Positions 16,787 through 22,755 of a stretch of 22,755 nucleotides of DNA are shown one piece after another. Each line of letters begins with the position of its first letter. The first letter of the stretch is position 1. Under the pieces are notes generated by a model. It made no database searches. It saw only the letters and a program-made list of their open reading frames with translations, and was not told where the DNA came from. Both the position numbers and the translations under genes were made by a program. Origin of the DNA: an uncultured archaeon. GTDB lineage: Archaea > Asgardarchaeota > Heimdallarchaeia > Heimdallarchaeales > Heimdallarchaeaceae. The stretch lies in NCBI GenBank assembly GCA_964549075.1, contig CAZJUB010000038.1, positions 1 through 22,755 on the forward strand, written 5' to 3'.

Positions 16787-16914
16787 CTTGTAAACAATAA
16801 ACTAAAACTCTAATAAACAATTTCTTCAAATTGTTATCAAAATATAAAACTCGTTAGTGCAAATATTTAAGAATTTAAGTAAAAAAAAAGCACAAGAACA
16901 AAGGTGTCATCTTT

Positions 16915-17217
16915 ATGGATATTAATCGTAGTATTAGAATAGCTGTCGACACAGGAAAGGTTTCCTATGGTGCGGATTCAGCAAAACAAGCCTTACTGAA
17001 TAAACAAGCAAAACTAGTAATCATAGCAAATAACGCTCCTCAAGACATCAAAGAGGATGTTAATAGATATGCTGAAATTTCTGATGTACCAGTATTAGAA
17101 TTTACTGGGTCATCTCTTGATTTGGGAGCTGTTTGTGGTCGTCCACATTTTGTAGCTGCTTTAACAATTTCAGCAATGGGAGATAGTGATATAATTAAAG
17201 CTGTTAAGAAAAAATAG
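16915..17217 (+). CDS. rpl30e: 50S ribosomal protein eL30
   Basis: Motifs AVDTGKV, AKLVIIANN, LGAVCGRPH and GDSDI. Confidence 0.97.
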   Translation: MDINRSIRIAVDTGKVSYGADSAKQALLNKQAKLVIIANNAPQDIKEDVNRYAEISDVPVLEFTGSSLDLGAVCGRPHFVAALTISAMGDSDIIKAVKKK

Positions 17218-17431
17218 GCTATGGAAAACAAATAAAAGTTAATAGCTATTTCTTTTCTTTATAATAAAAAGTTTAAAAACTATGACTAACTAAAGAAAAA
17301 GCACAGAAACTTATGTTTAAATACACTTTTAAACCCCAGAATATTAAATTAAACTTGAATCATAGAAAGAAAAGCGTTTAGAATAACGCGATTTAAATTG
17401 AATCAAATATTAAAGATATGGGAGTAAAAAA

Positions 17432-17866
17432 ATGCCTGCTGTCAAATTATCTCAAACTGAAATGCAATACATAACAATATTTCAAGGAATTGTCAATGTC
17501 ACAATTAGTGACTGTATAATTGATGAAGAGGATAACAAAGTTGTCTTTGTAGTTTCAGAAGGACAAGCTGGTTTAGCAATTGGTAAGCGAGGAACAAATA
17601 TCAATAAACTAAAAGAAATGATAGCTAAAGATGTCGAAATAATCGAGCATTCGTCCGATCTTACAAAATTCATAAGAAATTGTTTCTTACCAATTATTAT
17701 CAAGGATGTTACTGTTCTTGAAAGAAAAAATGGAAAAGCAGTAACAGTTGAAGTTGATAACAAAGATAAAGGAAGAGCAATAGGGAGAAGCGGTAAAAAC
17801 ATCAACAAAGTAAAAATGCTTGTTCTCAGACAGTTTGATATTGCTGATGTAATGATTAAACAGTAA
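17432..17866 (+). CDS. nusA: Archaeal NusA (two KH domains)
   Basis: Two KH GxxG loops, GLAIGKRGTNI and GRAIGRSGKNI. It follows rpl30e. Confidence 0.96.
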   Translation: MPAVKLSQTEMQYITIFQGIVNVTISDCIIDEEDNKVVFVVSEGQAGLAIGKRGTNINKLKEMIAKDVEIIEHSSDLTKFIRNCFLPIIIKDVTVLERKNGKAVTVEVDNKDKGRAIGRSGKNINKVKMLVLRQFDIADVMIKQ

Positions 17867-17971
17867 CTTTGATATTCTTTCTTAATTTTCTTGGTCAAAA
17901 ACTTTTAGAGAAACAAGTGTTATAATATCTCACATAATAATTTTCAGAATAATCAGAAAAAGGTTAGTTTA

Positions 17972-18373
17972 ATGGAAAAATCTTCAATTGATGAGAAAAG
18001 TAAATTGGATAAATTACTAGAGCTTATTCGAAAGGAAGGGGGTCTTTCAGAAATTACTGAGAATGAAATGATCTCTCTCTTTGAGGAAAGAGGAAAAAAG
18101 GCTTTTAAAATTCTCAAAGAAAATAAATTGCATAAATATATTTTGAATGAGAAAATTGCAATTTGGGAGGTTGAAGGAAAAAGTCATAATTATTTGATAA
18201 TTGAAGATAATTTTTGCGAATGTACTGATTATCAAATTCGGGTCTTAAGTAGAGGCGAAAAAACACTTTGTTATCATCTTCTTGCTAAAATTATAGGGGA
18301 AAACCTTCATCATTATAATATTAAGAAACTTTCTAACAAGGAATATGATAATCTGATATTGTCACGTGCTTAA
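17972..18373 (+). CDS. SWIM zinc-finger protein, ZSWIM7/SWS1-like
   Basis: SWIM motif CEC...CYH (CxC-xn-CxH), preceded by WEVEGKSHNY. Size and layout resemble ZSWIM7. Confidence 0.85.
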   Translation: MEKSSIDEKSKLDKLLELIRKEGGLSEITENEMISLFEERGKKAFKILKENKLHKYILNEKIAIWEVEGKSHNYLIIEDNFCECTDYQIRVLSRGEKTLCYHLLAKIIGENLHHYNIKKLSNKEYDNLILSRA

Positions 18374-18405
18374 TATTGAAATAAAAAGAATAGAAAATTC
18401 AAGAT

Positions 18406-21400
18406 TCACGCTACATCTTCTAACTCAATGTGAGGAGCAATACCTAGACTCATTAGCTCTTGCATCAGTAATTTGAATGCATAACTTATTACTACTCTAG
18501 AAACAGTAGTTTCCTCTTTGCAGATAGGACAATGATATCTGTCTCTGTTTCTATCATACATCGCGAGGAATCCGCACTTTGAACAAATAAGAGCATCTGT
18601 TTTATCTGATTCATCAAGTAACCTTTCCTTAAGTAGAATAGAAGTTCCATGTCCTATAAGACAATCTCTTTCCATCTCTCCAAAACGAAGACCACCTTCA
18701 CGAGCTCTTCCTTCTGTAGGTTGTCTGGTTAGCATTTGAATAGGACCACGAGCACGAGCATGTATTTTATCTTGAACTAGATGGTGAAGTTTCTGATAGA
18801 ATTGAGAACCAACAAAAATAGTTCCTTCTAATCTCTGCCCTGTTTTACCATCATACATTACTTCTCTACCGAGAGGGTGCATGTTAAGTTTCATCAAAGC
18901 TTCATGCAACTCACTGAGTTTAGTTTTACTAAAGGCTGTTCCATAAATCGAATCACCTGAGTGTGCGGCGATTTTGCCAGCCAATAATTCCATAAGCATG
19001 CCGATGGTCATTCTTGAAGGAACAGCATGAGGGTTGATAATAATATCAGGAACTATACCTTCTTCTGTAAAAGGCATATCTTCTTGTGGAATTATTAATC
19101 CAATAACGCCTTTTTGACCGTGCCTTGAAGCAAATTTATCACCAATCTCCGGAACCCTTTCGGATCTTACTCTGACTTTTACAAGTCTATTTCCTTCATT
19201 AGTATCTGTAAGAACTACCATATCGGAAATACCTTTTTCACCATGTCGCATAGCTTTGCTTGTTTCCCTTCTATTTTGTGGCGGTACCTCAAATTCAGTA
19301 TATTCCTCTAGAAACCTTGGTGGGCTGGTACGACCTATAAGAACTTCTCCTCTATTACCATCCACGGAAATTTCTGGTTCAATAATTCCATCTTCTCCAA
19401 GATGAACATATTGTGATTCGTCTTTGTATCCTCTAACTGTTTCATCAGGGATTTCAAATGTGTCTTCTTGACCATTTGGATATTTGCGTTCTTCAGCATC
19501 GTAAGTTCTGTAGAAGGTACTTCTTCCTAAACCCCTTTCTATAGCTGCTTTATTGATTAATAATGCATCTTCCATATTGTAGCCTTCATAAGATAAGATA
19601 GCTACAACAAAATTCTGCCCTGCAGGACGACTTTCAAAATGAATAGAATCCATACCATGGGTCTTTACTAGAGGTTTTTGAGGATAGTGTAAAATATGGG
19701 CCCTTGTATCCATACGATATCTAAAGTTTGCAGAGAATATACCAAGTGCCTGCTTTGCCATTCCAGCTTCATAGACATTTCGATCTGAACGATTGTGTTC
19801 TGGAAATGGAATCAAAGAAGCACATATTCCTAAAATTGTACTTGGAGTAATTTCCATATGAGTAATATCTGGTTCCAAGTAATCTTCATCTATTGCGATG
19901 AAAAGATTCTCTTCCTCTTCAGCATCAACATATTCAACTACTTGATTTCTTATTAAATCGCTCCATGACCATTTGTTACTCTTTATCCAATTGAACATTT
20001 CTTTTGTGAATGCAGGTGTTCCTTCATTTACTATAATAAGAGGACGACGAACTCTTCCAGCATCACAATTTACTATGATTTCATTTGTATCAGAATAATA
20101 TGAAATATTAATTTCATGGTGAAGATCACCTGCTCTGCGTTTTTGTATAATTCTTTTACGGAATTCTTCTGCATCTTGAACGACGCCTAGAAAACTTCCA
20201 TTCAAAAATACTTTACAATACTCAGCATCAGCAACAAGTTTTGCAAGAGGTGAATTAGGTTCAATCAAATCTTTTGGTTCAATTTTATTTAATTTTAGTT
20301 CATTAATAAGTTTCTTTTCTACATCTGTGCTATCTAAACCGACACTGATGTATGCTTGGAGTGCGAGGTTCTTCACTAAACCACAATTAGGACCTTCTGG
20401 TGTTTCATTAGGACATATCTTTCCAAAATGTGTAGGATGAAGGTCTCTTGCTTCAAAATGAGGTTGGCTCCTACTTAATGGGCTTACAACCCTTCTAAGA
20501 TGACTTAAAGCTGACATGTAGTTTGTTCTATCAAGAAGCTGACTTACTCCTGATTTTCCCCCAGTCCAGTTTCCTGTTGCGAGAGCATGTCGCAATCTTT
20601 CCGTAATTAAATCTGCTCGAACAGCTGTTTTGAGGTTTGGTTTTCTACCACGGACTGTGACTCTTTCTAGTTGGTATTTAATGTCGCGGCATAGAGCATG
20701 AAATGCAACTCTATAAAGCATAAGAAGTAAATCACCTGCTAGTTTTAACCTTTTATTTGCATAATGATCTTTATCATCCTCTTGTCTTATTCCAGCTTCA
20801 AGTTCTAGTAATCTTTGAGCCATTCTTGCTAAAAAGAATGCTTTCTTTAATCTTGAATCTTCATCGCTTCCGAGATGAGGAAGAAGATATTTGTCGAGGA
20901 CTTGCATCGCACGATTGATACGATACTCCTTAGTTTGCCCAACAGCAACACGTTTTCCAATATAGTCCAAAGCTTCTTCAGTAGTATCAATCTCAGAAGC
21001 TTCTCTCATCAGAATAGACATTACTCTAGCACGAAGTTTTGGAGTAGGACTAATTGCCATTGCAATCATATCATCTCTCTCGATACCTAAAGCTCTCATT
21101 AGTAAAATCAGAGATATTTTTCTTGGCATACTTGGAAAACTGACTCTTAATTGACCATCATTTGTATGTTCTACTGTAACAGGAGCTCTAAAACCATGAA
21201 TAACACTGAAAACTTTAGCTTCACTTGTTACATTTCCTTTACTTGTTAATCTCTCAATTAAAATCCTATTTGGAGCTAAATCTTCTTGAGTTACAATAAC
21301 TCTTTCACTTCCATTAACTAAGAAATAACCTCCCGGATCTTTTGGATCTTCTCCTAATTTAACTAATGATTCAGGAGAACGGTTGTACAATTGGCATCTC

Positions 21401-21804
21401 TTAGATTTTAACATGATAGGTAAATATCCAATGAAAACGCTGATGGTTTCCAAAGGTATCTCAACACCATCGCTACCTCCTTTTCTGATGGGTGTCATGT
21501 GAAGATTCAATCTGGATGCATATGTGAGATTACGAATTCTAGCTTCCATAGGATAGATTGAACTTTGAGAACCGTCAGCTTCTCGAATTGTAGGTTCTTC
21601 TACTTCAACTTTTTCAAGTTTAACATAAAATTCAGAATCTTCGGGCTCGATAACCTTAATCTCTTCAATAACAGATTGAAGTCCATTTTCAATAAAGTCA
21701 TTGAAAGAATCTAGATGTTGACGAACCAAACCTAGTTCATCAAACATAGAGTTAACTAACACCCAACGACTGTTAGCATCTGCTTTACTCTTTTTTTTGG
21801 CCAT
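18406..21804 (-). CDS. rpoB: DNA-directed RNA polymerase subunit B (Rpo2, unsplit)
   Basis: Motifs GGYFLVNGSER, CPNETPEGPNCGLVKNL, GYNMED, GDKFASRHGQKG, NPHAVPSRMT, GGLRFGEMERD and a C-terminal Zn finger. One 1132-aa ORF. Confidence 0.99.
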   Translation of the reverse strand: MAKKKSKADANSRWVLVNSMFDELGLVRQHLDSFNDFIENGLQSVIEEIKVIEPEDSEFYVKLEKVEVEEPTIREADGSQSSIYPMEARIRNLTYASRLNLHMTPIRKGGSDGVEIPLETISVFIGYLPIMLKSKRCQLYNRSPESLVKLGEDPKDPGGYFLVNGSERVIVTQEDLAPNRILIERLTSKGNVTSEAKVFSVIHGFRAPVTVEHTNDGQLRVSFPSMPRKISLILLMRALGIERDDMIAMAISPTPKLRARVMSILMREASEIDTTEEALDYIGKRVAVGQTKEYRINRAMQVLDKYLLPHLGSDEDSRLKKAFFLARMAQRLLELEAGIRQEDDKDHYANKRLKLAGDLLLMLYRVAFHALCRDIKYQLERVTVRGRKPNLKTAVRADLITERLRHALATGNWTGGKSGVSQLLDRTNYMSALSHLRRVVSPLSRSQPHFEARDLHPTHFGKICPNETPEGPNCGLVKNLALQAYISVGLDSTDVEKKLINELKLNKIEPKDLIEPNSPLAKLVADAEYCKVFLNGSFLGVVQDAEEFRKRIIQKRRAGDLHHEINISYYSDTNEIIVNCDAGRVRRPLIIVNEGTPAFTKEMFNWIKSNKWSWSDLIRNQVVEYVDAEEEENLFIAIDEDYLEPDITHMEITPSTILGICASLIPFPEHNRSDRNVYEAGMAKQALGIFSANFRYRMDTRAHILHYPQKPLVKTHGMDSIHFESRPAGQNFVVAILSYEGYNMEDALLINKAAIERGLGRSTFYRTYDAEERKYPNGQEDTFEIPDETVRGYKDESQYVHLGEDGIIEPEISVDGNRGEVLIGRTSPPRFLEEYTEFEVPPQNRRETSKAMRHGEKGISDMVVLTDTNEGNRLVKVRVRSERVPEIGDKFASRHGQKGVIGLIIPQEDMPFTEEGIVPDIIINPHAVPSRMTIGMLMELLAGKIAAHSGDSIYGTAFSKTKLSELHEALMKLNMHPLGREVMYDGKTGQRLEGTIFVGSQFYQKLHHLVQDKIHARARGPIQMLTRQPTEGRAREGGLRFGEMERDCLIGHGTSILLKERLLDESDKTDALICSKCGFLAMYDRNRDRYHCPICKEETTVSRVVISYAFKLLMQELMSLGIAPHIELEDVA

Positions 21805-21860
21805 TTAAACACCTTAACCAAATAAAAATTACTGTCCTCGCAGTAAAGGGGGTATCTGAT

Positions 21861-21874
21861 ATATTAAAAAGCTT
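21861..21874 (-). promoter_or_regulatory. Putative BRE-TATA promoter of rpoB
   Basis: Minus strand AAGCTTTTTAATAT in the 95-bp spacer, with an AAGGTG RBS-like sequence before the ATG. Confidence 0.5.
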
Positions 21875-21899
21875 ATGAAACAAGACCACTATTGGTGCT

Positions 21900-22691
21900 C
21901 TAATTATTGTCTTTTTTTACATGAAAAATTAAAGACCAAGGATAACGTACAGCTATATTATTAACAACATTCTTTACTTTTTGTTTTTCAGATGTTTGAT
22001 CATAGAAAAGTAAGATAACTTTCCCTCCTCTACCTCTTTTCATTTTTTGGTAAACTGTTTTAGGAGAATTCACTAAATCGTATACAATTATAACTTCTGT
22101 CTGAGGAAGATCTATATCTCTCTCTCCAACAGGTGACAAAATCAGTGCTGCTTGTTTTTCTGTTTTTTTGAAATTATCTAAGATTTCCCCTTTATTTTTT
22201 ATTCTTCCAGTTACAATAAATATCTCAAATCCTTCCTTTTTCAGTAGTTCAGATAATGAATCTACAGTTGATAAAAAAGAGCATAAAACAGTTACTTTCT
22301 GATAATTCTTTGCAATTTTAATAATTTCCAACTCTTTTCCACTAACTTCTGGTAAATCAACATTTTCTTTTCTCTCAAAATCATATCTGAATAGATAGTT
22401 TCGATATGAACTAGCTGGCATGGAATAAACATACTTTCGTAATAATAACAGACGATTCAGTTTTTCAACGAGTTCTGTTTCAACTGCAATCAACGGTAAT
22501 GTATTGAAAAAATCTTTCTTTAGTTTTGCTAAATCTTTGGGAGAGGTTTCACCTACTTCTTTGATAATCTCTTCTCTTACTGCCTTTATTTGCTCAGATA
22601 TCATATTGATTATTGCAGCAGTTTTTTTATCCTTTACTGGATTAATTTGAACTTCTGTGTCTTGAATAAATTCTTTAATATCTGTATCCAT
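21900..22691 (-). CDS. SF2 helicase C-terminal (RecA2) domain protein with degenerate motifs; probably the 3' part of a longer gene
   Basis: Motif IV-like VTVLCSFLSTV, IVTG, motif V-like SPVGERDIDLP, IIVYD and motif VI-like YQKMKRGRG. The frame stays open upstream to 22742, then meets TAA at 22745-22743. Confidence 0.75.
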   Translation of the reverse strand: MDTDIKEFIQDTEVQINPVKDKKTAAIINMISEQIKAVREEIIKEVGETSPKDLAKLKKDFFNTLPLIAVETELVEKLNRLLLLRKYVYSMPASSYRNYLFRYDFERKENVDLPEVSGKELEIIKIAKNYQKVTVLCSFLSTVDSLSELLKKEGFEIFIVTGRIKNKGEILDNFKKTEKQAALILSPVGERDIDLPQTEVIIVYDLVNSPKTVYQKMKRGRGGKVILLFYDQTSEKQKVKNVVNNIAVRYPWSLIFHVKKDNN

Positions 22692-22755
22692 GAAATCTTC
22701 AATTGTGATTGTCGAACTTTTTGGAATAAATTCTAGTAATGTTTACAACTCATTA

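Noticed and set aside
6961-18405. The block between rpoB and rpoA1 as a genomic island or provirus at tRNA-Leu
   Set aside because: No integrase, transposase or viral genes and no duplicated tRNA 3' end. The content is housekeeping.
12527-21090. Short ORFs at 12527, 15901, 16609, 17040, 17482, 18047 and 20875
   Set aside because: Antisense shadows of well-supported genes.
4270-21804. Inteins in RpoA'/RpoB or introns in the tRNAs
   Set aside because: Protein lengths are normal (896, 402 and 1132 aa) and both tRNAs fold without an intervening sequence.

Overview
AT-rich archaeal core-genome window. The gene complement and signatures (unsplit RpoB with split RpoA'/A'', GKHGHAK-type aIF5A, PAC4-like and ZSWIM7/SWS1-like small proteins, THF-type FolD/GlyA) point to Asgard archaea, possibly Heimdallarchaeia (inference). 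It holds about 20 CDSs and two intronless tRNAs with encoded CCA (Ala-CGC, Leu-CAG). The usually conserved rpoH-rpoB-rpoA1-rpoA2-rpl30e-nusA-rps12-rps7 cluster is broken. An ~11.4 kb block of metabolic and RNA-processing genes separates rpoB from rpoA1, rpl30e-nusA is moved into that block in inverted orientation, and rpoH and rps7 are absent from their usual positions. The best candidate for an undescribed system is a divergent gene pair. One gene encodes an NDP-sugar pyrophosphorylase-like protein with an N-terminal ribbon-helix-helix-like domain. The other encodes a HisC/CobD-fold protein that has lost most PLP/substrate-binding residues. A perfect 10-bp inverted repeat overlaps the putative TATA box between them. 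FolD, the SAMHD1-like HD protein and the SF2 helicase also show altered catalytic motifs. No mobile elements, CRISPR arrays or rRNA were seen. All motif comparisons are from memory, without database searches.
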